NCBI RefSeq assembly: GCF_009914755.1
Contig: NC_060926.1
Direction: 5' to 3' (one strand)
DNA from: the human T2T-CHM13v2.0 reference genome, Homo sapiens
DNA length: 64,000 bases
The notes under the pieces: model-generated
Told to the model about the DNA's origin: nothing
The model's database searches: none
What the model saw: only the letters and a program-made list of their open reading frames with translations
Position numbers and translations under genes: made by a program
In this document: positions 27,160 through 39,089 of the stretch, piece after piece
How positions within the stretch are numbered: the stretch's first letter is position 1
How the letters are laid out: each line of letters begins with the position of its first letter

Positions 27160-28200
27160 CCTCCTAGGAGAAATCATCAGTATTTGGGTGTATCCTTTTG
27201 TCACAACCTTTGGGGGTGGGATTTACTGGCATTTGTTTGGATGCCAGATGCCCTCCAATTTATAGGACAATTATGTGCCATAAAAACTTCTCTTTATTTT
27301 ATGCAACTTTCACATCCCTCACCTGATATTCATGTGAGTGGAAAAGCTTTTAAAAATTATTTGAATCTAGAATTTAATTATAGTTTACAAATAGAAACAC
27401 ACAATTTTCTTTGCACAGCTTTAATACCTACTAATTTTCCAAGAACACCGCTACTTTTTAATTCAAAAGTAGAATATGCTTTGTGTTATTGGGGATTTTA
27501 CCAACAGCCACAAAACTGAAAAATCACAACCTCACTGAGACACTGCTGGTGATATTTGAGGGCCCTCTGCAACTCCTGTATCATCTGCAATTGTAACTGT
27601 CAAATACAAAAGAATTCGGAATTTGGGTCAGAGCATTATGTATCTCCATATACTTATTATTTTATATATTAGTTTCCTTTTATGTCTCCTTAATATTATA
27701 GTTAGGTTAAATAGAGAGTTATAGGGCCAGGTGCATTGGCTTATGCCTGTAATCTAAACACTTTGATAGGCCTAGGCAAGAGTATCATGTGAGCCCAGGA
27801 GTTCGAGACCAGCCTGGGCAACATAGTGAGATCCTTTCTCTTAAAATCAATAAATAAAAAAATAGTAAAAATAAAATTTAAAAGATAAAAACCAACAAAA
27901 AAGTAGAGAACTTTATACAATTATATATTGATTTTTAACCTCAAACACAGAAATGCAAATGATGGAGTTAAACACACACACTCTTCAGTTTACTGTACAT
28001 CATTATCACTGGTCATGCGAGATTCTCTTGTTTCATTATTTATTCACTTTTATCTTCATAATACATTTCTACTTCCCCTTATCAACAATTTTAATATTAT
28101 ATGACGGGTGTCTTTCTTTTTTAAAATGGGTAGTATTGAAATAATTGTCACTGTGTCAGTCTTCTCCCTGTTCTTCTTACATTTTCATTAAGTACCACAT
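27160..28200. mobile_element. hAT-Charlie (MER20B-like) relic interrupted by FLAM
   Basis: MER20-type motif 'ttgtcacaacctttgggggtgggatttactggcattt'; extent uncertain. Confidence 0.5.
27725..27900 (+). mobile_element. FLAM_C / free left Alu monomer with A-rich tail
   Basis: Single left monomer followed directly by an A-rich tail. Confidence 0.88.
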
Positions 28201-28339
28201 TTTTAAGATCTCTCATGAGATTGTAGGACACCAAAGCACCCAAATTGTGCCCCAAACTGCTGCTCACTCCTCCACAATGTCTGTCTACAATTGAACCACC
28301 TCCTCCCAGGAAGTCGCAGCTGGCTGGCATCACTAACTG

Positions 28340-28870
28340 TGTTCAATAAACATCCTTGTGCAAGTCTTCTCATGGATATGTGGAAGGATTTCTGAGGGCT
28401 GTGTACGTGGGGAAAGAATTTCTGGAGTTGTAAGATGTATCTATACTTCAGTTGATTGATTACTATCAGGTTGGTTTTCAAAGTGACTGCACCCACCTGT
28501 ATCCTCCTAGAACATATTCCTGTATTGCACATCTCTGTCAACCTTTGATATGATCATCTTTTACACCCTTTGTGGTTTTCTCAGCAGCCTAATAGGCTTG
28601 GAGTCATAGCTTTCTGTATGTCTTGTTTATCTAATTATTAATGACTAAAAAGTTTCTTCATGTGCTTGTTAGGAATTCCTTTTGTAATACAGATATTAAT
28701 CTCTTGCCAATTTCAGACATTTAAATTATTTTCCCTCTTCTCATTTTGAACAGAAAACCTTAATTTTGAGGTAATCAAATTAACCAATCTTTGCCTCATA
28801 TTTAGTGCTCTGGAAATTGTTGAAAGTTCTCCCCTTCCCTCAATCACACAGACATTCTCTTCCATTTTTA
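28340..28870 (-). mobile_element. Old L1M (L1ME-like) fragment
   Basis: Antisense L1 ORF2 3' motifs ('aaacatccttgtgcaagtctt', 'gttttcaaagtgactgcacc'). Confidence 0.65.
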
Positions 28871-29417
28871 AATTAATGTTGTGGTTTTGTCATCAGCATA
28901 TAGGTTGTGCAACACAGCTGTGAGCCACAGTCCTGTTGCTCCCACCCATTCATAGTTTTGATTCCTTTGGCCTGTCTCTCAGCCCTTGCACCAACCCCAC
29001 CCTGCCAGCATTGCAACAGCTTTGTGAGATGTTGGATGGCTGGCCAATGACAGTGAGCCAATGAGAGTCCATAGAGGTGACCCAAGTTCAGATGAGGCAG
29101 CCTCAAGTCCTGAAGAGCTGAGTGCATGTGAGTTGTAAAGATGGACCTGGGTGTTCCTGTCTCCATGGAGTCTTATCTAAGCTCTGTAGCAATGTGGCCC
29201 AGGCTCAGACAGCTTGAGCCCCAGGAGACCTCCTGGCCTATCGCCAAGGGCACTAGACAGCAGCTTTGGAGAGCAATGCCAGTGGCTCTGTGCATCTACT
29301 CTGTCTTTGAGCTGCAGCAGCTCTGGTGATATGAAATGCAAAAGAAAAATGGATATTGGTGTCCTCAACTCCCTACGGTCACCTCCAAAGAACTAAAGAA
29401 GACTCACCTTAAGCTTT

Positions 29418-29900
29418 TGTGTCAGACCTCTCCTGTGATCCTTCTCACCCTCTCTCTCTGTCCATGTTGTTAAATTCCCTCATTGCTGTTGAAACCACGT
29501 TTAGCACATTTTGCTACTTAGGTGCACACTTTGCCACTTCTTGCTTTCTGCCCTAGGGCTTCTCCGTCACTGCCAAGTGGGAGTCGTAAGGCAACTCCCC
29601 AGTCTTCCTGATGCCTGGACTAATCTAGAAGTCCGAGAAAGTTCATACCCCAGGGGGCAACCCTTAAACAAACGAGGATGGAAGATAGTTCATAAATATA
29701 CCCTTGTCCAACCCTTGCACTGTGGGGGATCCCCCAGGTATCCCCAGTCACCACCGGCAGTAATCAGCTTGGTAAACACCCCTAGTTTACCTCTACTTCC
29801 TTTCTTATATTACTCTTTTCTGATTCCACTTTCCAAAATAAGTGACCTGCATCCACACCCTGCCTGAAGCTCTGCTTTTTGGGCTCTACTGGCTAAGACA
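29418..29900 (+). mobile_element. LTR33-like ERVL solo LTR
   Basis: Starts TGTGTCAGA; internal 'ccccagggggcaaccctt'; ends 'aaataagtgacctgcatccac...gctctgcttttt...ctaagaca'. Confidence 0.65.
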
Positions 29901-32269
29901 GAGGCCACTTGATACTGACCTTCATATTTATGTGCAGCCTTGGCCCCTGGCTTATCTGCAGATACATTCCACGATTTGCGTCACATACATCAAATCTAAC
30001 GAACAATTCCCACTATGTAGCCTAAGTTACACCTGTATTAGATATTGAGGATCTACCAGTGCCAATGAATCATCCTTATCTCCAAGAAACTCTCACTTTA
30101 GTGTGGAAGACAGATAGGCAAATGGGCAGTTACAGTGGGGAGGAATCCTTCATGCTGCAATTCAGTAAAGATCATGTTCTTTCATCCTGAGCAACAGTAA
30201 TTTCCACTCACCTCTGTATGCGGAGAAAGCCTCAGATGAGGCTATTTGCCAATTAGTCAGTTAAAATGGAGAAACAGAACATCTGACCAGTCTGCCCTTA
30301 GACAGTACCCATCCACGAGGATATACAGTGTCCCCGCCCCGGGCTCACACAGGCATGATACTCTTGTCCACCAAGGCTCCAGGGCCTCAGCCACACCCTT
30401 CGCATTAGAGTAAACAAGAAACTACTATCAACTGTCACATTTCACATTCACAATGAAACCTATTTTCCTGGTAAAAACTCGTCATTATATAGATGAGAAA
30501 ACAGGCCCAGGAAGGAGGAGGGACTTCCCCAAAGGAAACTTGCAAATTAATAGCGGAGTTTAGACAAGAACCCTTGGCTACTGATACAGCCTTCTTTCTC
30601 TGTTTGTTTGTTCATTTCTTCATTCATTCATGCAATGCTCTTTCCCTGTGCATTTTATCCCTACTGACGCATAGGCAAAATCCCATGGCAACTGATACAA
30701 TGCTCTTTCCCCACTGGTTGATTGATTGATTGATTGATTCAGTCATTCATATCTTTAGCAAGAAAAAACCTTCCTCAGACAATGAGATCAGAAGTCACAT
30801 TTCAGTCCAACATAAACGTCACAGATTCACAAATGCATGAGAGTTATTTCTACTAAACTGTGAGCTTCTTGCATGCAGGAACCATTTCTGACAGGTTGCT
30901 GTATCTGCACAGCTACAGTGGCCGCACCACTGCTGCTTTTTTGCCCTTTCCCCTCTTGAGTCAGCAGGAGGCCGTAAGGAGCTCTGAAAAAACCCTATGG
31001 TACTGAGGAGAAGAGCTTGCAAAGCCCTAGACAATAGGACACTTGTATCAATCAAGTTTCAAATAAGAAAGAAAGCCACTCTGTTTCAAAGAGAGGAGAT
31101 CAATATAGGAAACGGTTTACATAGGCAATGGGAGAGCTGAAAAATCCAAACATGGAATGATGAGGGAACCAAGCAATCAGGCACAGGAAGCCACTCCCTA
31201 GCCTAGGATGCAGGAGAGAAAGAAAGGTCTGTAGTTGTGAGACCACAGAGGTCAGTGTCACCAGGTGAAAATTTGGTTCATGGAGGGCATCTCTGGTAGG
31301 AGATGCAGTCACTATGGGGGCTCCCATCTTAGGAGGAAGAGAGAATGAGCTTGGCTTCTCCCTTCCTCCCACCTTCCAATGTCCCTCTAGAGCTTCTCAT
31401 TGTCCAAACTGAGCTCACCTGGGAGCCTGGGAAAGGTAGCCCAGAGGGGTGAGCCCACCTGAGATTCACAGCAGAGCTTGGGAAGAGTGAAGGACGATAT
31501 GCAGGAAAATAGCCCAACACCCACAGGACACTCATGGCCCCTTCCAGTTCAGATATCTCAGAAGTGTCTAATCAGACCTATGTCAAAGCCAGGATCCAGA
31601 GTTCATAGCTTCAGTAAGAGAAGTGCCTTTCATCTTGGAAGAGATGCCAGGAATATACGATTCCAGGCTCTTATGTTTTATAAGTTTGCTAAAGAGATGA
31701 AAATATGCTATTCTAGACAGTGCTATAATATCCAAGGCATGTGCCTACACAACAGAGGAAAATAAATATTTGTATAAAGAAACAGATTTGGGTTTATATC
31801 TTAAAAGAAAATTTTCTTAAGTAAAAATATAGTCTAACATATGTTATTAGGAAACAATGTACCTTTATTTAGTTCAGTGTCCTCCAAAGTCTGGTTTCTC
31901 ATGTATACAACCATTTTAAATCTACCTTTTAAAGACGGGCATGACAAAGTGGGGCGGAATTTCAGAAAGAAGAAGAAATTTCAGATAGGGATGCAGAGTA
32001 ATAGAGTGGAAGGCAGAGGAAATGGTATCCTTTGGAAAAAGGCAGAGCTGAGATGCCACAGCAGGTTATGCCTTCCATGACGTCAAGCCATTAAACAGCA
32101 GTCACACCAGTGGACACACAATTTCAGTGGGAGAAAAAGACAAAGCTATATTGGAATGGTAGAAATGAGAACTGAATAAAAGTGGGACAGAGAAGCGCAT
32201 GCACATGGACACATACACAACACTCTCTCGATGTATATTTTTAATTGGTCATTTACATGCATATATGAA

Positions 32270-32490
32270 AACTAGCATTTATTAAGTGCTTACTGTGTAA
32301 CAGATTCTACATTAGTTGAATTATGTAACTTAATTCTTTTTACAAATATGTGACATACTTTCCTGACAGAGACATTGTAAATAAGGACACTGGGAAGATA
32401 AACTAATGGCTCGTGCAAGGTCAAGCTGTTAGCAATTCAAACCCGTTTTACGTGACTCCAAATTCTACCCTTATCACTCTACATCACCAC
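32270..32490 (-). mobile_element. MIR
   Basis: 'agcatttattaagtgcttactgtgt...attcaaaccc'. Confidence 0.6.
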
Positions 32491-32705
32491 TTTATAGGCA
32501 CGTGTTAATATTAATTTAAATAAGGTTTCAGATTTGCTCAGTCTCTTGGCATTTAAGATGGCTTAAGCTAATTGTGTACCCTAAAGGAGATATGCAATCA
32601 CATCGATTTTAATATTAATTGCTGTGGTGCTAATTCGTCAAAAATAAGGAAACTGAAAACCCACTTCAGTTGGAAATTGCAAAGCACTCTATCTAATATT
32701 CTAGA

Positions 32706-33082
32706 TTCCACATGTGTCCGTGTGAAGAGACCACCAAACAGGCTTTGTGTGAGCAACAATGCTGCTTATTTCACCTGGGTGCAGGCGGGCTGAGTCTGAA
32801 AAGAGAGTCAGCGAAGGGAGATGGGGTGGGGCCGTCTTATAGGATGTGGGTAGGTAAAGGAAAATTACAGTCAAAGTGGGTTGCTCTCTGGCTGGCAGGG
32901 GCGGGGGTCACAAGGTGCTCAGTGTGGGAGTTTTTGAGCCAGGATGAGCCAGGAGAAGGAATTTCACAAGGTAATGTCATCAGTTAAGGCAGGAACCGGC
33001 CATTTTCACTTCTTTTGTGATTCTTCACTTGCTTCAGCCCATCTGGATGAATATGTGCAGGCTTGGGCTCAGAGGCCTGACA
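32706..33082 (-). mobile_element. LTR7-family (HERV-H) solo LTR, 377 bp
   Basis: Minus strand starts TGTCAGGCCTCTGAGCCCAAG and ends ...GGTCTCTTCACACGGAC; perfect 5-bp TSD CTAGA (32701-05, 33083-87). Confidence 0.95.
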
Positions 33083-33099
33083 CTAGAGTTTTAAACTTC

Positions 33100-33310
33100 A
33101 ATATTTATTAAGACTACATACGAAGCTCTATGTGAAATGCTCTCGCACACATTATTTGATTTAGTTCTCCCAACAACCCTTAAACGGATGTACTAGTTCC
33201 TTATTTTATTTTCTTACAAACAGGAAAATTGAGATTATTTCAAGCTCTCCCACGGACCAAGAGCCAGGAGCTGACAGAGCTGGAATTTGGACCAGCCACT
33301 TGACACGTCC
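33100..33310 (-). mobile_element. MIR
   Basis: 'atttagttctcccaacaaccct...ttacaaacaggaaaattgag'. Confidence 0.6.
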
Positions 33311-34020
33311 AGTGGTCTCTCCACCATCCTCCGCTGCCAGATTTCCGAGTCAGTGCCCTCTTCGCCGGTTTGCTCAGACAGCCTGCAACACCAAGGAAAC
33401 TGCTCGAGGCTGCTCCCAGAGGCCAGCCCAGGTGTTCAACTCCTGGCCTTGCCTGCTGCAGATTATGCTTACTAGAGGCTTTTTTTTTTTAAAGGAGATC
33501 TCACAAAATAACCCTATTATTAGTGTTATAATCATTATTATCATAATCCTTTCTCTGAAATAATTTCCGTAAAATATATTTACTAAAGGAGAGGAGCACT
33601 TGAAAAAAAAATGCTAATCCATCCCCTACCACACAAACCCCAGATGGCCTTGTTTTAAGTGGAGGAAGACACCATAATAATAACCACGATTACCATCAAT
33701 TCCACGCAGTGGCAGATGTGAAAGAGATAAAGATGCTGGGATGCTCCCATAGAAGTTCAGAAAATCTTTCTGTTTTCCACACAATACAAAAGCATGAATC
33801 CATGTTAAAGAATAGGTTCCATGCAGTCAGATTGTAATCTTTCTTGCATATCTATGCCCCAGATGGCCCCATGTTTAATGGGAGGAGAATAATAGTCACT
33901 TTGTGAGCAATTCAGGGGAAATTACAGAAGTATGGTAACTGCCCTGTGTACCTTTATTCAATTTTCTCTCATTTCACTAGATTTCACTAGCAGCATGAAT
34001 AAAAAGAGCGGTGCATATTT

Positions 34021-34166
34021 TCAGCTGAGGGCGCCATTTTGACTTCGAAGGAGAGGAGATTCAAATTGACCCTTCTGTCCCAGTTGGCTCATAACACGAG
34101 AGAACAAAGTGAACCTGTTCCTTGGCCAATGCTTCCCCGCCCATCCTCACACACAAGGTATAAAAG
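34021..34166 (+). promoter_or_regulatory. Promoter-like motif array (YY1, CCAAT, GC box, TATA)
   Basis: CGCCATTTTG near 34032, CCAAT 34126, CCCCGCCC 34135, TATAAAAG 34159. Confidence 0.4.
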
Positions 34167-35471
34167 TGAGGCAATGGTGTTTCCTGAGAAATGTAAGTTG
34201 GAGAAACTGGCTCATTTCAAATGGTCATTCTCTGGTATCATGTTACTTTGATGCTGCTATACTACCGCACTAGCAGGACAGTAAAAGATAAAATGGTACA
34301 AATGTGTCTTCAAATCTCAGATTCCTCATGGCAAGCACAGCAAACATTGAAAGGTATTTTGCAGATATTTTTTTCCCTCTGTCTTTTTAAATGGAAAAGC
34401 TTGATTTCCATGAATACTGTTCAAGTAGACCATATCAGATTTTAGGAAAGATATTTTGGTCCCTAACCTTAAAATGCCTTTTATTATCTAGGAAAAAAAA
34501 TAATATAATGTTGAGCCTCCTTTCCCAGGCAGGAGGTTGGGATAGAGGAATTACTAATTGAGCATCTCCATGCTAGTACTCAATGGTCTGTTAGGAGTTG
34601 CACTGTTTAATATTACAACAACTCTGGAAAATTATTACATTCCCTTACATTGCAGATATGATAGCAGAGTAGGGCCCTCACATAACTTACTGAAGACCAC
34701 ATCAGATGTAGAAACTTGTATTAGCGTCCAAGCCTTTTGATTCTCATGTCTCTGAAGTGTCAGCAATAATGGATGCAAAGATCAATGAAGACCTTGAGAC
34801 TGGAACCCTATAGCCCCCATGTCAAAGATACTGATTCTTTAGCTTAGGCCTAAAAGAATGTTCTCATAATCTTGGAGTTGAGTAAAAGGCCTTAGAGATC
34901 CTTATTTTCCAAATGAGTGAACCAGGAGTAGAAAAAATTGAGGCTCTTTGCTAAGGCTGCACGCCTAAATAGGGGTGTGTCCAACTGAAAGTCCACTCTC
35001 CCTGATTCACAAACAAGTGCTCTTTCCAGCCATAATGGAATGGGGTACAGATGGCATAAACTCAATTCTGCCAGCAGAAATCCTAGAGACTTCATCCTGA
35101 AAATTCACCCTTGGGAGGCAGGCTTCCTGTCCTGACCCTGTCTTGCTCCATGGAGTTAGACAAGTCTAGCAAAAGGCAGGCAAGGATTGCTTGGGTTACA
35201 CATTGGTATCTGCTGTTTCTTTAAAGAGAGTCCTCTCTGTCAGTTTTCATCTTGCCAAAGGGAATGATTCCAAAATACCCAACCATCTCACAATCAGCTT
35301 TCTTCAGGGCAACAGAAACCCCACTATTAGTTGTTCACCTGAATGAGGACAATAAAGGTATTTTTGAAAACTTAAACATATTAGTTGGAAGTTCTTTCCC
35401 TCCTCTCCATGTTGAAATTCTACCCATTCTTAATAATGCATATTATATGTTATCTCCCTCTTCCATTACAT

Positions 35472-37202
35472 TTGTGCTATGCAATATGGTATCCACCAGC
35501 CACATGTGGCTACTATATCTAAATGTCAATTAATTAAAATTGATAGAATCCAAAATTGGATTTCCTCAGTTGTTCTAGCCACATTTCTTTTTTCTTTTCT
35601 TTTTCTTTTTTCTTTTTTTTTTTAGCTTTTACTTTCTTTAACTTTTATTTTAGGTTCAGGAGTACATGTGCAGGTTTGTTATGTAGGTAAATTGCATGTC
35701 ACAGGGGTTTGGTGTACAGATTATATTATTACCCAGGTAGTAAACATAATACCCAATAGGTAGTTTCTCAAACCTCTGTCTCCTCCCAACCTCCACCCTC
35801 CAGTAGGCCCTGGTATCTGTTGTTCCCTTCTTTGTGTCCACGTATACCCAATGTTTAGCTCCCACTTATAAGTATGAATATGCAATATTTGGTTTTCTGT
35901 TCCTGCATTAGTTGGCTTAAGATAATGGCCTCCAGTTCCATCCATGTTGCTGCCAAGGACATAATCATTTTTATGGCTGTGTAACATTCCACAGTGTGTA
36001 TGTACCACATTTTCTTTATCTAGTTTACTGTAGATGGGCATTTAGGTTGATTCCATGTCTTTGTTAGTGTGAATAGTGCTGCAATGAACATACGTGTGCA
36101 TTTGTCTTTATGGTGGAATGATTTATATTCGATAGTGGGATTGCTGGGTCAAATGGTAGTTCTGTTTTAAGGTCTTTGAAATATCTCAAAACTGCTTTCC
36201 ACAATGGCTGAACTAACTTACATTCCCACCAGTGGTGCATAAGTATTCCCTTTTCTCTGTAACCTCATCACCATCTGTTATTTTTTGACTTTTTAATATA
36301 GCCACTCTGACTGGAGTGAGATGGTATCTCATTGCAATTTTGATTTGCATTTCTGTAATTATTAGTGATGTTGAACATTTTTTCATGTGCTTGCAGGCCA
36401 CATGTATGTCTTCTTTTGAAAAGTGGCTGTTAAAGTCCTTTGCCCACTTTCTAATGGCATTGTTTATTTTTTGCTTGTTAATTTGTTTAAGTTCCTTATA
36501 TATTCTGGATATTAGATCTTTGTTGGATGCATAGTTTACAAATATATTCTCCATTTTGTAGGTTATCTGTTTACTTTGTTGATAGTTTCTTTTGCTGTAC
36601 AGAAGCTCTTTAGTTTAATTAGGTCCCATTTGTCAATTTTTGTTTTTGTTGCAATTAATTCCTACTGGAATTTTTGTCATGAAATCTTTGCCAGGGCCTA
36701 TGTCCAGAACGGTATTTCCTAGATTACCTTCCAGGGCTTTTATAGTTTTATGTTTTGCATTTAAGTCTTTCATCCATCTAGAGTTGATTTTTGTACATAG
36801 TTTAAGGAAGGGGTCCAATTTCACTTTTCTACATATAGCAAACCAGTTATCCCAGCACCATTTATTGAATAGGGAGTCCTTTTCCCATTGCTTGTTTTCA
36901 TCAACTTTGTCAAAGATCAGATGGTTGTAGTTGTATGGCTTTATTTCTGGGCTCTCTATTCTGTTCCACTGGGCCATGTGTCTGTTTTTGTATCAGAACC
37001 ATGCTGCTTTGGTTACTGTAGCCTTATAGTATAGTTTGAGGTCAGGTAATGTGATGCTTCAGCTTTGTTCTTTTTGCTTAGGATTGCTTTGGCCACTAGC
37101 CACATTTCAATACTCTATAACCTGCGGCCAGAGGCTGCCATACTGAATAGCACAGATACAGAACTTTCCCATTATCATAGAAAGTTCTATTGAACAGTGC
37201 TG
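35472..37202 (-). mobile_element. MER3 (hAT-Charlie) split by an L1 insertion (35472-35587 and 37096-37202)
   Basis: 'agccacatgtggctac' and 'agaaagttctattgaacagtgctg' MER3 ends lie on either side of the L1. Confidence 0.85.
35588..37095 (-). mobile_element. 5'-truncated L1 (L1PA15/16-like): ORF2 C-terminal remnant and 3'UTR
   Basis: ORF2-like peptides ([26 protein letters not shown]), T tail, perfect 13-bp TSD CTAGCCACATTTC. Confidence 0.95.
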
Positions 37203-37800
37203 CTCCAAATGCTTAGGTCACCTTAAAAATCACTGTATTGACACTTGGAATTACAAAGTTTTAAAACATAAAAGATCTTGGAAAGCATGGAGTCTAACAC
37301 TTCATTTTATATAAGAGAAAAAAGAAAAACTTTTCTAATAGGTGAGGTTGCCACCAAAAGATGCCATAGAAAAACCATCATGCCATGCTGTGTATTTGTG
37401 TCCTGTAAGTAGAGCATGTTTCATCCCAGCTTTGGTTTCTAAAGTCCTTAGGACACAGGACCTGTTTTTCATTTGTGCATCCTGAAGATTGAACACCCTG
37501 CCGAGCACATGGTGGAGATCCAGGGAATGTTTGTTGATTGGCTTGAGAATGTTATCAAATAGAGCATTGTGACCTTATTTATAATTCATTTATCCCAGTA
37601 ATAGCATTTACAGAAAATGAGACAGCATCAAAGTAAAGTATTTAGCAAACAATCTGTTACTTATTCAGTCATTGCCAGGCTAGGCCTAGTTTCCAGAGCA
37701 GATATGGGTGGACTGTGAACAGGTACCCTATATCTTCTCTGTGGTACCTGACCATGAATAGGTTCCTGTATCGGCTCTGAGCATGTACCGGGTGTGTCCA

Positions 37801-38474
37801 TTTAAACTAAAAATAAAATTTTAAGCTCCTCACTGACTGAACAGACCCTCTCTTGGTAAAGGGGACTCCATAAAAACCTTAAAAAAAAACCCGAATTCCC
37901 AGCCATGATGGGAAAAAGTCAGATGTGCCTTGTTATATCCCCCCTCCCTTTTGGAATTCAGGCACACTGGCCAGCATCAATGTTAAAATAGAGACTCTAC
38001 AACTGACAAAACAGATTCTTTGTGGCAATAAAATACCAAATTATAAAGAAAACCTAAGGCTATTTCAGACAAGGATTAAGTCACGCTTGCAGGCCATCAG
38101 TCCTGCTACATAACATCCTTAGGTTAACTTATAGCATTCCTTTCTGCTGACTCTGTTTTAGATAGAGCCTCACTTCTTTAACCAAGTGCAAATTAAAGAA
38201 TCTCTGAATCAACCTATAACATGGAAGCACTTTGACTCTCCAAGATATTCTGCCATTTTTGCCAAACCCAGGTATACCTTCCAGGCATTGATTTCTGTCC
38301 TTGCCTGTAGCTCCTGCCTTCCTGAAATGTATAAAACCAAATTGTTATCTGACTGCCTTGGGACCACTTACTCAAAACTTCTTGGGTTTGTGTTTTCCCC
38401 AGGCTGCAGTCACTCGTATTGGCTCAGAATAATCCTCTTTAAAATATTTTACAGAGTTTGGTTTTTCTGTTACA
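37801..38474 (+). mobile_element. MER4-family (MER4D/E-like) ERV1 solo LTR
   Basis: 'aaactaaaaataaaattttaagc...ccctcccttttggaattcaggcac...aaatattttacagagtttgg'. Confidence 0.88.
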
Positions 38475-38648
38475 TTCACCTTGGCAAGTGTTAGGGTGGC
38501 TTTCCCAGCCAAGGAGGAGTTCATTCTAATGGACAAGACACGCGTTCAAAGGCATCAGCTAGAGCAGTGGAATTCTAGGCCAGGAGTTGGCAGTGGAATT
38601 CCAAGGAATCTATCAAAGCAAACTACATGGCAAGGTCACACTTAGAAG

Positions 38649-38687
38649 CTGAGGTCAGCAGAGGTGTCCCTCCTCTGCTGACCTCAG
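38649..38687. repeat. Perfect 16-bp inverted repeat with 7-nt spacer
   Basis: CTGAGGTCAGCAGAGG-tgtccct-CCTCTGCTGACCTCAG. Confidence 0.97.
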
Positions 38688-39089
38688 AAAGCTGAGAGTT
38701 TTCAGGAACAAAATTCCAGTCTCTAGATCAAGAACTTACCAGAGGGAGGCAGGACCATGGCCCAGGCAGAAACTATGATCTAGCAAAAAAAAAAAAAAAA
38801 AGTCAGAAGAAAGCCCATTTTCAAAACTGTTTTAGCAGATCATTATTCATTTTGAAGAACTCGCTTGACTTAATAAATATGAATTTGCAGCTGCTTCGTC
38901 TCTATCCCCACCTCCCTGCCTCAGCTCAGGGCAGGGCAGAGCACGGGGGAGGCCAGGAGACAGGACTGGCAGAGAACAAGGGATGGTGAGAGGGTTGGGG
39001 CCTCACTGCAGGGTGCTCCGGCCAGCGCCAAGGTGGGGATCTAGGTGTGGGGCACCCCAGAGTACCCAGTGGGTGCCAGGCTTTGTAGA

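Noticed and set aside
34101-34121. Possible androgen/glucocorticoid response element AGAACA...
   Set aside because: With a 3-nt spacer the second half-site is TGAACC (3 mismatches); the better TGTTCC is 9 nt away, a non-canonical spacing.
35656-36977. ORFs resembling L1 ORF2 protein
   Set aside because: Frameshifted fragments of a 5'-truncated old L1; they cannot encode a functional protein.
38920-39080. Locally GC-rich patch suggesting a CpG island or promoter
   Set aside because: Short (~160 bp) with few CpGs; it does not meet island criteria.
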